Source: Candidatus Nitrospinota bacterium M3_3B_026 (lineage in GTDB: Bacteria; Nitrospinota_A; UBA7883; JBPRGF01). Taken from it: 64,000 nt of DNA. The notes under the pieces are model-generated. The model had not been told where the DNA came from, searched no databases, and worked only from the letters and a program-made list of their open reading frames with translations. The position numbers and the translations under genes were made by a program. Positions 40,396 to 51,757 of the stretch are shown here, in pieces. Numbering within the stretch: position 1 is the stretch's first letter; each line of letters starts with the position of its first letter. Location of the stretch: the NCBI GenBank assembly GCA_051418015.1, contig JBPRGF010000033.1:320001-384000 (forward strand), read 5' to 3'.

Positions 40396-40404
40396 ATTAT
40401 ACCA
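40396..40404 (-). promoter_or_regulatory. Extended -10 promoter of aspS
   Basis: Minus strand TGgTATAAT. Confidence 0.6.
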
Positions 40405-40434
40405 TATCTTCAAAAAGGCGCTTGTGGGCCCGCG

Positions 40435-42207
40435 TTACGAAGATATCGCTTTTTTGTCCGGCCTGCTTTCGCGGGCAGGCTCCATGGGCAGCCATATCCT
40501 GAAGGTGGTCCCGGCTCCGGCGGTGGACTCGGCGGTGATGACGCCGCCGTGGCTTTCCACTATCTTGCTCACCGTGGAGAGGCCGAGGCCGGTGCCGCTT
40601 TTCTTCGTGGTGTAGAAAGGCTCGAATATCCGGGGCAGGTCCTCCGGTTTTATGCCCGGGCCGGTGTCGTTCACCTCGATCCTGACGAAATCCAGCGCGC
40701 TTTTCCTGGTCTGGGATGTCTTTTTCCTGGGCTTCTGGCGTCTTTCGAAGGGGCTTTTGGACCTTGCCGCCCGGACGGTCAGCGTCCCTCCATCTTTCAT
40801 GGCGTCCATGGCGTTCACGAGCAGGTTCCAGGTTATCTGTTTGACCCTCTCCTGGTCCACCACGGCGCAAAGGTCCTCTTCCAGGTCTTCGACGAAGGTG
40901 TATTTTCCGCCGTTCTCGGGGTCGGACTTGAGCAGCAGGAGCGTTTCCAGCAGTATCTCCGACACGTTGACGCGGGACAGGCTCAGCTTCGGCTGGGAGG
41001 CATAGCCCAAAAACTGCGTGACGGTCCGGTTCAATCTTTCGGTCTCGCGGAGTATGATGTCCATGAGCCTTTCTCCCAGGCCGTCCGCCGACGGCCCGGC
41101 CTCGGCCTTGAGCATCTGTATGGAGCCGCTGAGAGAGGCGAGAGGGTTTCTTATCTCGTGGGCTATGCTCGCGGCCACCCTGCCAATGGCTGCGAGCCGC
41201 TCGGAGTCGGCCATGCGCATCTCCATGCGTTTTCTCTCGGTCACGTCGGAGAGGACGGCCACCGCGCCCTTGACCTGGCCGTCGGCGACGAACTTGCTTA
41301 TGGTCATGTGCAGGTAGGCCTTCTCATCTCCCTTGCTGCAGGTCCAGTCATAGTCCCGGAAGTCCCCCTCCATGTCGCGAAGATGCCTGAAAAACCTTTT
41401 CATGCCCGGCAGTCTCAGCGCCGTCTCCGCCCTGCTCCCGCTGATCTTCTCCGCGGGCAGACCAAGGATCTTCTCCGCCGCGGGGTTGTGCGAGAGGATC
41501 ATCCCCTCCATGTTCATCGCCAGCAGGCCGGAGCCCATGTTGTCGACGACGTTCTTGTGGAACGCCTCGAGGAGCAGCAGGTCCTCGCTTTTCTTGGTGA
41601 GTTGCTGGTTGATCTTTCCCAGCAGGGAGGTGAGGTAGCCGCTCAGGTACGCCACCAGGTAGAAGACCGCCACCCTCATCACTCCCGTCATGAACACGAA
41701 TCCGCCCACCGTGGAGTTGTACACCGGCGGCACGACGTGATGGGGGCGCAGGAAACCGCCGTGCTCGAGGGCAAGGAGCAGGCAGTAGGCCGCGCTGGCG
41801 GCTGTGGCGGAGACGTAGGTCGAACGGCGGTCCAGGAATATGGCCGTGGCGATTATCACCAGGATATACAGGAAAGAGAAGGGGCTGTTGACGCCGCCGG
41901 TGTAGTATATGACAAGGCTGATGAGGATTATGTCCAGGAATATCTGGACGTTGACGAACCGGAGAAAATCCCGGACGAAGCGCAACGATACGGCGTAGAT
42001 GATGCTGAGGAAATACGCCGCGGCGACGGGGGTCAGCGCGGGGAGCGAGCCTATATCATGCCCCTCTCTGGCCTTGTAGAAAACTACCAGTCCCATAAAG
42101 AATGAGATGACGGCCAGGCGCGCCGCCAGGAGTACTTTGACTCTCGCCTTCAACGTCCCGCCCAGGGAGCCGCTGGACTGGTCCGGACCGGATGGATTAT
42201 CGCTCAC
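40435..42207 (-). CDS. pilS: PilS-like membrane sensor histidine kinase with PAS
   Basis: Multi-TM N-terminus with TGG..SPF..LY; AHEIRNPL; NA.DAM; FYTTK; GTGLGL; follows pilC. Confidence 0.8.
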   Translation of the reverse strand: MSDNPSGPDQSSGSLGGTLKARVKVLLAARLAVISFFMGLVVFYKAREGHDIGSLPALTPVAAAYFLSIIYAVSLRFVRDFLRFVNVQIFLDIILISLVIYYTGGVNSPFSFLYILVIIATAIFLDRRSTYVSATAASAAYCLLLALEHGGFLRPHHVVPPVYNSTVGGFVFMTGVMRVAVFYLVAYLSGYLTSLLGKINQQLTKKSEDLLLLEAFHKNVVDNMGSGLLAMNMEGMILSHNPAAEKILGLPAEKISGSRAETALRLPGMKRFFRHLRDMEGDFRDYDWTCSKGDEKAYLHMTISKFVADGQVKGAVAVLSDVTERKRMEMRMADSERLAAIGRVAASIAHEIRNPLASLSGSIQMLKAEAGPSADGLGERLMDIILRETERLNRTVTQFLGYASQPKLSLSRVNVSEILLETLLLLKSDPENGGKYTFVEDLEEDLCAVVDQERVKQITWNLLVNAMDAMKDGGTLTVRAARSKSPFERRQKPRKKTSQTRKSALDFVRIEVNDTGPGIKPEDLPRIFEPFYTTKKSGTGLGLSTVSKIVESHGGVITAESTAGAGTTFRIWLPMEPARESRPDKKAISS

Positions 42208-42277
42208 AAGCTCACTCGCAAAACAGACAGCGGGAGCGCCGTCCGCGGCCTTTCATGGGACCCCGGAGACCGCGGGT

Positions 42278-43471
42278 TCAGCCGACGACATCCCCCATCT
42301 TGAATATGGGCATGTACATGGCGACCACCACGAAGCCCACCACCACGCCGAGGAAGACCATGAGCATGGGCTCCAGCATGGACGTGAGCCCCTCCACCGC
42401 GGTGTCCACCTCCTCGTCGTAGAAGTCCGCGATCTTGTTCATCATGGCGTCCAACGCGCCGGTCTGCTCGCCCACCTCTATCATCTGGACGACCATGGGA
42501 GGAAACACCCCCTGCTCCTTCAACGGGTCCGCCAGGCCCCGCCCCTGCTTGATGTCGTCTATGATGTCCAGCACCGCCTCTTCTATCACCTTCTGCCCGG
42601 CGGTCTTCGCGGTTATGTTGAGCCCCTCGATGATGGGCACGCCCGAGGAGATGAGGGTTCCCATGGTCCTGGTGAACTTGGCCACGGCCACCTTCTGGAC
42701 GAGCTCGCCGAATATTGGCAGGCGTATAAGCAACCGGTCCGTGTAGAGCTTGCCCTTGTCCGTCTTCCTGATATAGATGAATCCCATGACAAGCGCTATG
42801 GGAAGCAGAAAGACTATGTACCAGTACTCGATAACAAAGTCTGACGCGCCTATGACGACCTGTGTCGGCCAGGGCAGCTCCTGCCCGAAATCGGCGAACA
42901 TCTTGCCGAACATGGGAATGACGAACACCAGCAGGAAAATCACCACCGCCACGGCCACCGTTATGATGGCCGCGGGATAGACCATGGCGGACTTGACCTT
43001 GGCTTTCAGCGCCATGGCCTTCTCCATGTAGTCGGCCAGGCGCAGGAGTATCTTGTCCAGTATGCCGCCGACCTCTCCGGCCTCGATCATGTTCGTGTAG
43101 AGGTCATCGAACACCTTGGGGTGCCGGCGCAGGGCGTCGGCGAAGGTCTCCCCGGCCTCGATCTTGCTCTTTATGTCGTTTATGATCTTGGAGAAAATCT
43201 TGTTGTCCGTGGACGTGGCCAGGATGTTCAGGCACTGCACCAGCGGCAGCCCGGCGCCGATCATCGTGGCGAACTGCCTGGTGAAGATAACGATGTCCTT
43301 CTGCTTGGGCCCGCCGCCGAAAAGGACGATGTCCTTCGGCTTTTGCTTGATCGAGGTGAACTTTATGTGCTGTCTGGCGAGGATGTTCTTGGCGGTTTCT
43401 ATGTTCTCGGCCTCGATCTCGCCCTTCTGGGAGCCGAGCTTCGTCTGAAACTTGTACTGATAAACAGGCAT
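42278..43471 (-). CDS. pilC: Type IV pilus platform protein (T2SS F family)
   Basis: FTRQFATM, AGEVGGIL, AMVYP, GEQTGAL, LEP, MYMPIF. Confidence 0.93.
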   Translation of the reverse strand: MPVYQYKFQTKLGSQKGEIEAENIETAKNILARQHIKFTSIKQKPKDIVLFGGGPKQKDIVIFTRQFATMIGAGLPLVQCLNILATSTDNKIFSKIINDIKSKIEAGETFADALRRHPKVFDDLYTNMIEAGEVGGILDKILLRLADYMEKAMALKAKVKSAMVYPAAIITVAVAVVIFLLVFVIPMFGKMFADFGQELPWPTQVVIGASDFVIEYWYIVFLLPIALVMGFIYIRKTDKGKLYTDRLLIRLPIFGELVQKVAVAKFTRTMGTLISSGVPIIEGLNITAKTAGQKVIEEAVLDIIDDIKQGRGLADPLKEQGVFPPMVVQMIEVGEQTGALDAMMNKIADFYDEEVDTAVEGLTSMLEPMLMVFLGVVVGFVVVAMYMPIFKMGDVVG

Positions 43472-43527
43472 GTCCTAGTCCCTTATCCAAGTGGCAAATA
43501 AGACCATCGTCCTAAAACCTTCCCTCT

Positions 43528-44256
43528 CTAGACCTCCTTGCCTGTTTCGATCAGTGTATCCTTGTACACGCGGAAAAACGTCTCGCTTTCATTCATGGAC
43601 TTTCGCAGAATAAGCTCCAGGTTCGGAAAATCCGCCTCGTTGATGACTATGTTAACGCTATTGACGAAGGCCGCCATGTTGTCCAGGGTCTTGAAGTTTT
43701 TCCCCACCAGCGCGACGAACATCTTCCGTCTTGTCTCCATACCCATGGGCTCTATGAACTTGTGGGCGGGGTTGTTTTTGGGGTCGGCCCCGGCGAAACG
43801 CTCGTTGATTATCACCAGGTCGTAGAAGTTGTGCTCCAGCTTCCTGACCGCCTCTTCGCCGGTTTTTACCGCGGTTATGAGATACTCGAGCTTCCTGAGC
43901 ACGGGGGATATCCGCTCCAGGTTCTCCGTGTCCGCCACCAGGGCCCGCTTCGCGCCCTCGGCGAGCATCTCCATCTCGTCTTCCAGCGCCTCGGCCATGG
44001 CCTCGAGGGACGCTTTCATCCCCTCCGGGGAAGGCGGGGGGACCGGCACGTTCTGGGTCTCGTCCAGTATCTGGGAGGTCGGCGTGGTCTCCGGAAGCCC
44101 TTCGAACTTCGGAAGGCCCTCGGGGGCGCTTCCCTCCCGGCTGACGCTCACCGGCTTGCCGCAACCCGGGCATTTGAACTTGACGGGTTTGTCCTTCGGG
44201 ATCTTTTCGTCAGGGACGTTGACCGTCTTTTGGCAGGAGGGGCAGATTACCTTCAT
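43528..44256 (-). CDS. Zinc-ribbon protein with C-terminal receiver-like domain
   Basis: CPSC...KCPGC; Pro-rich linker; RALVAD..GEEAV..YDLVIIN. Confidence 0.72.
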   Translation of the reverse strand: MKVICPSCQKTVNVPDEKIPKDKPVKFKCPGCGKPVSVSREGSAPEGLPKFEGLPETTPTSQILDETQNVPVPPPSPEGMKASLEAMAEALEDEMEMLAEGAKRALVADTENLERISPVLRKLEYLITAVKTGEEAVRKLEHNFYDLVIINERFAGADPKNNPAHKFIEPMGMETRRKMFVALVGKNFKTLDNMAAFVNSVNIVINEADFPNLELILRKSMNESETFFRVYKDTLIETGKEV

Positions 44257-44262
44257 TCTGGT

Positions 44263-45456
44263 TTACCTCTTCTTTTTCCTGAAACCCGTGGAGACATCCC
44301 TGTCGTACTCCTCGTCCAGGGCCAGCTCTTCGATGTCGGTCGTCTTCTCGCCTCTCTTGCTCTTGATCATGTCGATCCCGCGGCCGACGATGGCCTTGCG
44401 CGAGGCGTAGCCGATGGCGGTCTCTTCCGTGATAAGCCCCTTCTCGTAAAGATCAAGTACGCTCTTGTCGAAGGTCTGCCAGCCGAAAGGCTCGGCGGAG
44501 GTTATTATGTCATAGAAGGTCTTGCCCTCCTGCTCCCCGTGGAGGATGGCGTCCTTGACGCGCAGGTTCGTCCCCATTATCTCGAACGCCGCCACGCGGC
44601 CGCCTCCCACCTTCGGCAGAAGTCTCTGACACACTATCCAGCGCAGGGACTCCGCCAGCCGGATGCGCACCAAGTGCTCCTCATCCAGTTCGAACATGCC
44701 GATGATGCGGTTTATGGTCTGCCCGGCGTCCACGGTGTGCAGGGTGCTCATCACCAGGTGGCCGGTCTCCGCGGCGGACATGCCGATCTCCACCGTCTCC
44801 CGGTCGCGCATCTCGCCGACCAGTATCACCTTGGGCGCCTGCCGAAGCGCGGCGCGGAGGCCCGCGGCGAAGGTGTCGAAGTCCTGCCCGAGCTCCCGCT
44901 GGTTGAAGGTGGCTTTCTTGTGGGTGTGGCTGTATTCCACCGGGTCTTCCAGCGTGACGACGTGGACCGATTTTTCGTTGTTTATCACGTCCAGCATGGC
45001 CGCAAGGGACGTGGTTTTACCGGACCCCGTGGCGCCCGTCACCAGAGCGAGGCCGTTCTTCTCCTGCGCTATCTTGTGGAAAATCTTCGGAAGCGACAGC
45101 TCCTCGATGGTCGGGATACTCGTCTCCAGCTTTCTCATCACTATGGAGTAGGTGTTCCGCTGGGAGAAGATGTTCACGCGGAACCTGGCCTTGTCCTTTA
45201 TGCGGTAGGAAAGGTCCGCCGAGCCTTTTTCAACAAGCTGGCGGGTCAGGCGCTTGTCCCTGCCGATCAGGTTCAGGGCCAAAACCTCCGTCTGGAAAGG
45301 GGTGAGCTTCCAGATGGGCGGCGTGATGTTCACGTTCTCAAGCTTGCCCGCCGCCTCCACCTGCAACGGCTTGCCGACGGTGAGATTCAGGTCCGACACG
45401 TTGTCGTAGCTGTTGAGCATCGTATCGAGGATGAAATCGACTTCGTTCTGTCTCAT
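44263..45456 (-). CDS. PilT/PilU family type IV pilus ATPase
   Basis: RFRVNIF, GATGSGKTT, TLEDPVE, ALRQAP, GEMRD, ETGHL..TLH. Confidence 0.93.
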   Translation of the reverse strand: MRQNEVDFILDTMLNSYDNVSDLNLTVGKPLQVEAAGKLENVNITPPIWKLTPFQTEVLALNLIGRDKRLTRQLVEKGSADLSYRIKDKARFRVNIFSQRNTYSIVMRKLETSIPTIEELSLPKIFHKIAQEKNGLALVTGATGSGKTTSLAAMLDVINNEKSVHVVTLEDPVEYSHTHKKATFNQRELGQDFDTFAAGLRAALRQAPKVILVGEMRDRETVEIGMSAAETGHLVMSTLHTVDAGQTINRIIGMFELDEEHLVRIRLAESLRWIVCQRLLPKVGGGRVAAFEIMGTNLRVKDAILHGEQEGKTFYDIITSAEPFGWQTFDKSVLDLYEKGLITEETAIGYASRKAIVGRGIDMIKSKRGEKTTDIEELALDEEYDRDVSTGFRKKKR

Positions 45457-45661
45457 ATCTCAAACCCTCGCGGACGCCATTGAAAGGCAAGACTCATAAC
45501 CACGCCAGCCCCGGCGACGGGCTGCCCGGCGGCGCGCCGCATTTTTTCCATAAACGATGAACGCGCGGACATATCCTTAAAATACAACGTAATTATATAG
45601 TAATTAACAGTCAACTCAAGCGAAAAGAGGGCAGGGGCTCAGGATGGCGCCTTTTTCTCTG

Positions 45662-46855
45662 TCAGCCCTGCCGGAACTGCTTGGAGAGTCTCAGGGCCTG
45701 GTCGTAGTAGTTCGACCCGATCTCCTTCCCGTACCAGATGCCCGGTTTTTCGACCATCCGCTCGTATCTCATCTTAAAGAGAATCTGCCCGTCCTCGATG
45801 ATGAACGGCACGTCGTGGGGGCGAACCTCCAGAACCGCCTTCGTCCCCTTTATTTCGCCCGCCTTCCCATAGCCGAAGCCAGGGTCGAAAAACCCCGCGT
45901 AATGCGTCCGCAGCTCCCCCGAGCCGGAATCGAACTCCACCATCTCCGCCGCGCAGCTCAACGGAACCCTGATACGCTCTTTCGACGCGAAGATATAGAA
46001 TTCCTCAGGCTCCAGTATCAGCCGTCCGTTCTTGGGCGGGTAGATCGCCTCCCAGAAATCGTCCGCGTCATACTCGCCTATCTTTTCGAGGTCTATTACC
46101 TGGCTGTTTTTCTTGGCCTTATAGCCTATCGGCCCGTCATCGCCGGAAGGGTCGGCGAGGTCGACGCCCATCAGCAGACCGTCGCCCTGCCGTATGTGGA
46201 AATCATCTTCTATAGGCTCCTCCGATCCATAAAACAGCAGTTTTTCTTTTTCATATAGATCGCGCAACTCCCCGCCTGCGATATGGTTGGGGGAATAGGC
46301 TTTCGATATTCCGGTCTCCGCGGCGGATGGCTCCTCCGTTACCCTGAAAAGCCGAAGCTGGTTCAGGCGCATCCCGGAGCGAACCTTGATCGTGAAAGAC
46401 CTGGGCACGACCTCCAGGTAGAGATGGCCGAAATAGTCCTGAACGATATCCTCGAAGCGGTTGTTGAGATCGGTTATGACGCGCGTGAAGACGTCCAGCC
46501 TGCCGGTGGAGCTTTTCGGGTTCGTCTTGCCGCTGATCCCCGTCCCGGTGAGGTTGAGCGACTCATTGAGAGGTATCAGGTAGACGGCCTCACGCTCCAA
46601 TATCCCCCCCCTGTCAAGGTCCACCTCATACATGATGAGGTCCTTCATCTTGTTCTCCACCGTGTCCGACTGGGGGAGGAAGCTCGACTGGAGCCTGTAG
46701 GCCTTGGGGCCAAGCGTCAGGTCGATCGACGCGGGCTGGATATTATCCTTTACTGACCCTTTCCCGCTAGTAGGGACTATTTTCGCTTTATCTACAAGCC
46801 TTCTCAGCTCCTGGGAGGGTAGGACCCCTCCGGACTGTTTTCCGGCTCGTGTCAT
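45662..46855 (-). CDS. dcd: dCTP deaminase, long two-domain type
   Basis: [36 protein letters not shown]. Confidence 0.88.
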   Translation of the reverse strand: MTRAGKQSGGVLPSQELRRLVDKAKIVPTSGKGSVKDNIQPASIDLTLGPKAYRLQSSFLPQSDTVENKMKDLIMYEVDLDRGGILEREAVYLIPLNESLNLTGTGISGKTNPKSSTGRLDVFTRVITDLNNRFEDIVQDYFGHLYLEVVPRSFTIKVRSGMRLNQLRLFRVTEEPSAAETGISKAYSPNHIAGGELRDLYEKEKLLFYGSEEPIEDDFHIRQGDGLLMGVDLADPSGDDGPIGYKAKKNSQVIDLEKIGEYDADDFWEAIYPPKNGRLILEPEEFYIFASKERIRVPLSCAAEMVEFDSGSGELRTHYAGFFDPGFGYGKAGEIKGTKAVLEVRPHDVPFIIEDGQILFKMRYERMVEKPGIWYGKEIGSNYYDQALRLSKQFRQG

Positions 46856-46955
46856 TGGAACCACATGGAAAATTATGTTGTTTGACTTGCTGAAGCCGCT
46901 TACTATATCATCAATTTTTCTCTTTGAACAAGCGGTAGTAAAGAGGCGTTCTGAA

Positions 46956-48644
46956 ATGAAGATGACCGGGGCGGAGATTTTCGTAAAGTCCCTGCAGAAG
47001 CTCGGCGTGGACACGATTTTCGGCTACCCCGGCGGGGTCGTCCTGCCGGTCTACGACGAGCTTTTCAAGCACCCCGAGCTGCGCCATATCCTCGTCCGCC
47101 ACGAGCAGGGCGCCGTGCACATGGCCGACGGCTACGCCCGCGCCACGGGCAAGGTCGGCGTGGCGCTGGTCACCTCCGGCCCGGGGGCGACGAACACCGT
47201 CACCGGCATAGCCACGGCCTGCATGGACTCCATCCCGATAGTGGTCTTCACCGGCCAGGTGCCAACGGCCCTGATCGGCAACGACGCCTTCCAGGAGGCG
47301 GACATCATCGGCATCACCCGCCCCTGCGTCAAGCACAGCTACCTGGTCAGCGACGTCGGCAAGCTGGCCAGGATCATGGCCGAGGCTTTCTATATCGCCT
47401 CCACGGGCAAACCGGGCCCGGTGGTCATAGACCTGCCCAAGGACGTGGTGACGAACATGACGAATTTCGAGTTCCCGGAGAAGGTCGAGCTGCGCTCCTA
47501 CAGGCCCACGGTTTCCGGCCACCATAAGCAGATAGAAAAACTCGCCGACGCCATGGCCGAGGCGAAGCGGCCCGTGCTCTATGTCGGCGGGGGCGTGATA
47601 TCCTCCGGCGCGTCGCCGGAGTTGAAGAAGCTGGCCGCCGCGACGCGAACGCCCGTTACGCCGACGCTGATGGGCCTTGGCTGCTTCGACACCAAGGACA
47701 AGCTATACCTCGGGATGCTGGGGATGCACGGCACATACAGGGCGAACATGGCCATGACCCACACCGACCTTGTCGTGGCCCTGGGGGCGAGGTTCGACGA
47801 CCGCGTTACGGGCAAGCTGGACGAGTTCGCCCCCCACGCCAAAATCGCCCACGCGGACATAGACCCCACGTCGATTTCCAAGAACGTCAAGTGCGATATA
47901 CCGGTGGTGGGAGACCTGAAGGACGTGTTGAAAAAGCTCAACGAGTCCGTAAAGAAAAGAAAGATCGACTGGAAATCCAAGAACAGGGACTGGCTGCGGC
48001 AGATCGGGGACTGGACGGAGGCCAAGGCGCTCGACTACGTGAGAAAAAAGAGCGTCATAAAGCCGCAGTTCGTCATAGAGGAGATAGACAGGATCACGAA
48101 AGGCGACGCCATATACACCACCGAGGTCGGGCAGAACCAGATGTGGGCGGCGCAGTACCTGCGGCTCAAGAAGCCCAGGACGTTCCTTACCTCCGGCGGG
48201 CTGGGGACGATGGGCTACGGCTTCCCCGCGGCGATAGGCGCCCAGGCGGCCTTCCCGGACAAGGTGGTCATAGACATAGCCGGGGACGGCTCCATACAGA
48301 TGAATATCCAGGAACTGGCCACGGCTGTGCAGAGCCGCCTGCCGGTCATCGTGGTCATCCTCAACAACGGCTTTCTCGGCATGGTGCGCCAGTGGCAGCA
48401 GCTTTTCTTCGATAACCGATACGCCTACACCTGCATGGAGGCGCAGCCGGATTTCGTCAGGCTGGCGGAGGCCTACGGCGCCCTGGGGCTGAGAGTCACG
48501 AAGCCTGAAGAGGTCGGCCCGGCCCTTGAGCGGGCGATAAGGGAAAGAAGACCCGCGCTCATAGACTGCGTGGTGGACCGGGAGGAGAACGTCTATCCCA
48601 TGGTCCCCGCGGGCGCGCCGTTGACGAAAATGCTGCTTGCTTGA
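46956..48644 (+). CDS. ilvB: Acetolactate synthase large subunit
   Basis: [40 protein letters not shown]. Confidence 0.96.
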   Translation: MKMTGAEIFVKSLQKLGVDTIFGYPGGVVLPVYDELFKHPELRHILVRHEQGAVHMADGYARATGKVGVALVTSGPGATNTVTGIATACMDSIPIVVFTGQVPTALIGNDAFQEADIIGITRPCVKHSYLVSDVGKLARIMAEAFYIASTGKPGPVVIDLPKDVVTNMTNFEFPEKVELRSYRPTVSGHHKQIEKLADAMAEAKRPVLYVGGGVISSGASPELKKLAAATRTPVTPTLMGLGCFDTKDKLYLGMLGMHGTYRANMAMTHTDLVVALGARFDDRVTGKLDEFAPHAKIAHADIDPTSISKNVKCDIPVVGDLKDVLKKLNESVKKRKIDWKSKNRDWLRQIGDWTEAKALDYVRKKSVIKPQFVIEEIDRITKGDAIYTTEVGQNQMWAAQYLRLKKPRTFLTSGGLGTMGYGFPAAIGAQAAFPDKVVIDIAGDGSIQMNIQELATAVQSRLPVIVVILNNGFLGMVRQWQQLFFDNRYAYTCMEAQPDFVRLAEAYGALGLRVTKPEEVGPALERAIRERRPALIDCVVDREENVYPMVPAGAPLTKMLLA

Positions 48645-48653
48645 GGCGAGGTC

Positions 48654-49142
48654 ATGAGACACACGATATCCGTCCTCGTGGAGAACAAGTTCGGCGTGCT
48701 GGCCAGGATCTCGGGGCTGTTCTCCGGGAGGGGGTTCAACATAGAGTCGCTCTCCGTCGCGCCGACCATGGATCCGGCCAAGTCTCGGATGACGATAATC
48801 ACCCGCGGCGACGACAAGATTATCGAACAGATAACAAAGCAACTCAACAAGCTGATAGACGTCATAAAGGTCACGGACTACACGGGCGAGGAGTACGTCG
48901 ACCGGGAGATCCTGATGGTGAAGGTCAACGCGGAGCCGGCCAACAGGGCGGAGATACTCCGCATGACGGAGATTTTCAGGGGCAAGATAGTGGACGTATC
49001 CCCGAAGACCTACATCCTGGAGGTTACCGGGGCGGAGAGCAAGCTCAACGCCTTCATAGAGATGATAAAACCTCTGGGGATCATCGAGGTGGCGCGCAGC
49101 GGCAAGGTGGCCATGTCCCGCGGCAAGAAAACCCTTGGGTAG
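48654..49142 (+). CDS. ilvN: Acetolactate synthase small subunit
   Basis: VENKFGVLARI..RGFNIESL, KQLNKLIDV. Confidence 0.96.
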   Translation: MRHTISVLVENKFGVLARISGLFSGRGFNIESLSVAPTMDPAKSRMTIITRGDDKIIEQITKQLNKLIDVIKVTDYTGEEYVDREILMVKVNAEPANRAEILRMTEIFRGKIVDVSPKTYILEVTGAESKLNAFIEMIKPLGIIEVARSGKVAMSRGKKTLG

Positions 49143-49167
49143 GCCGTCCGGCCGGCCCGCCTGATAA

Positions 49168-50211
<1,044 letters not shown>

Positions 50212-50218
50212 TTTTCAT

Positions 50219-50872
50219 ATGAGGCTCCCCATCGCGGCGGACGGATGGTTTTTCGTGGCGCCGTCCGCCATTCTCTCGCTCGTTTTCTTCGCGGCGGGGT
50301 GGGGGGCCGCCGGATGGCTTTTCCTGGCGCTGGCCGTCTTCTGTCTATATTTTTTCCGCGATCCGGAAAGGACGCCGCCGGAAGGGGAGGATCTCGTGGT
50401 GGCCCCGGCGGACGGGAAGGTTGTTTTCATCGACACCGCCTTCCAGAGCCCGGAGCATCCCGAGGGGGCCGTGAGCGTCTCTATCTTTCTGTCAATTTTC
50501 AACGTCCACGTCCAGCGCTGTCCGCTGGCCGGGGAGGTGACCGGCAAGCGGTACAACCGGGGCAGGTTCATGGCCGCCTGGAGCCATAAGGCGAGCCTGG
50601 ACAACGAACAGGTGGCGACTATACTGAAAACCGGCCCGGGCGTCGTGCTCGTGAAGCAGATAGCCGGGCTCGTGGCGCGCAGGATAGTCAGCTGGGTCAG
50701 CGTCGGCGACAGGCTCGACAGGGGCCAGCGGCTGGGCCTCATACGGTTCGGGTCCAGGGTGGACCTCGTCCTTCCGGCGGGGGTGGAGATCGTCTGCTCT
50801 CTCGGCGACAGGGTGAAGGGGGGCGAGACAGTGATGGCCCGCGCCCCGGCGCGGCGGGAGGAGGACGAATGA
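50219..50872 (+). CDS. psd: Phosphatidylserine decarboxylase proenzyme
   Basis: FFRDPER, APADG, FNVH, FGS cleavage motif. Confidence 0.93.
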   Translation: MRLPIAADGWFFVAPSAILSLVFFAAGWGAAGWLFLALAVFCLYFFRDPERTPPEGEDLVVAPADGKVVFIDTAFQSPEHPEGAVSVSIFLSIFNVHVQRCPLAGEVTGKRYNRGRFMAAWSHKASLDNEQVATILKTGPGVVLVKQIAGLVARRIVSWVSVGDRLDRGQRLGLIRFGSRVDLVLPAGVEIVCSLGDRVKGGETVMARAPARREEDE

Positions 50873-51702
50873 GCGATCATGAACAGAGCGGCGCGGAGGA
50901 GGATCTCCACCCCCGGGAGGAGGACCGCGGCAGGCTCGAAAAGTTCCAGAATATTCGCAAGGGCATCTTCATCGTCCCCAGCCTGCTGACGTCCGCGGCC
51001 TTCTTCTGCGGGTTCTACTCGATCATCGCTTCCATCAACGGCGATTTCTACCGCGCCGCCTGGGCGGTCATAGTCGCCATGTTCTTCGACGGCATCGACG
51101 GCAGGGTGGCCAGAGCTACGGGCTCGGCCACGGCCTTCGGGGTGGAGTATGACTCGTTGTCCGACCTTGTGGCCTTCGGCGTGGCCCCCGCGATCCTGAT
51201 GTACAACTGGGTGCTGCAACCCTTCGGCAAGGTCGGCTGGATGGCGGGTTTTCTGTTCGTGATATGCGGGGCGCTGCGCCTCGCCAGGTTCAACACCCAG
51301 TCGTCGGAGGTGAGAAAGAACCGGTTCGTAGGGCTGCCCATCCCGCCCGCGGCGGGTTTTTTGGCGACGGTGGTTCTTCTGGCCCACGGCGGCCTGGAGA
51401 TAAAGAAGATACCGGCGGTCCTCATCGTCGCGGCCATGTACGCCCTGGCGCTATTCATGGTGAGCAACATCCCGTACAGAAGCTTCAAGCAGGTGGACCT
51501 GGCGAGACGCAAACCGTTCCACATATTCCTGGCGGTAGTGCTGACGACCTTCGTTGTTGTGCAGTTCCCCCATTACATGCTCTTCGCCATGGCCATGGCA
51601 TACGCCCTGAGCGGCCCCGTGGAGTTCGGGCTGGAGCTGCGGGGGAAGCCTTTCCGGGACAAGCTCATGACGCTTGCCGGTATACAGAAACCAGGAGTAT
51701 AA
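50869..51702 (+). CDS. pssA: CDP-diacylglycerol-serine O-phosphatidyltransferase
   Basis: DGIDGRVAR, FG.EYDSLSD, RLARFN. Confidence 0.93.
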   Translation: MSDHEQSGAEEDLHPREEDRGRLEKFQNIRKGIFIVPSLLTSAAFFCGFYSIIASINGDFYRAAWAVIVAMFFDGIDGRVARATGSATAFGVEYDSLSDLVAFGVAPAILMYNWVLQPFGKVGWMAGFLFVICGALRLARFNTQSSEVRKNRFVGLPIPPAAGFLATVVLLAHGGLEIKKIPAVLIVAAMYALALFMVSNIPYRSFKQVDLARRKPFHIFLAVVLTTFVVVQFPHYMLFAMAMAYALSGPVEFGLELRGKPFRDKLMTLAGIQKPGV

Positions 51703-51757
51703 AACCAGTTTCGCCCCGCCCAGACGGACCCGGCGGGATGGTTTGAGACACGAGACC

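Noticed and set aside
40189..45483. Long alternative ORFs (40189-42105, 43762-45483; also 2402-3895, 14318-15805, 54039-55337)
   Set aside because: Antisense shadows of well-supported genes in high-GC DNA; no motifs or RBS
46856..46955. ilv attenuator leader peptide
   Set aside because: 100-bp divergent promoter gap without an Ile/Leu/Val-rich ORF or terminator; the ORF-track 5' extensions of ilvB and dcd are artefacts
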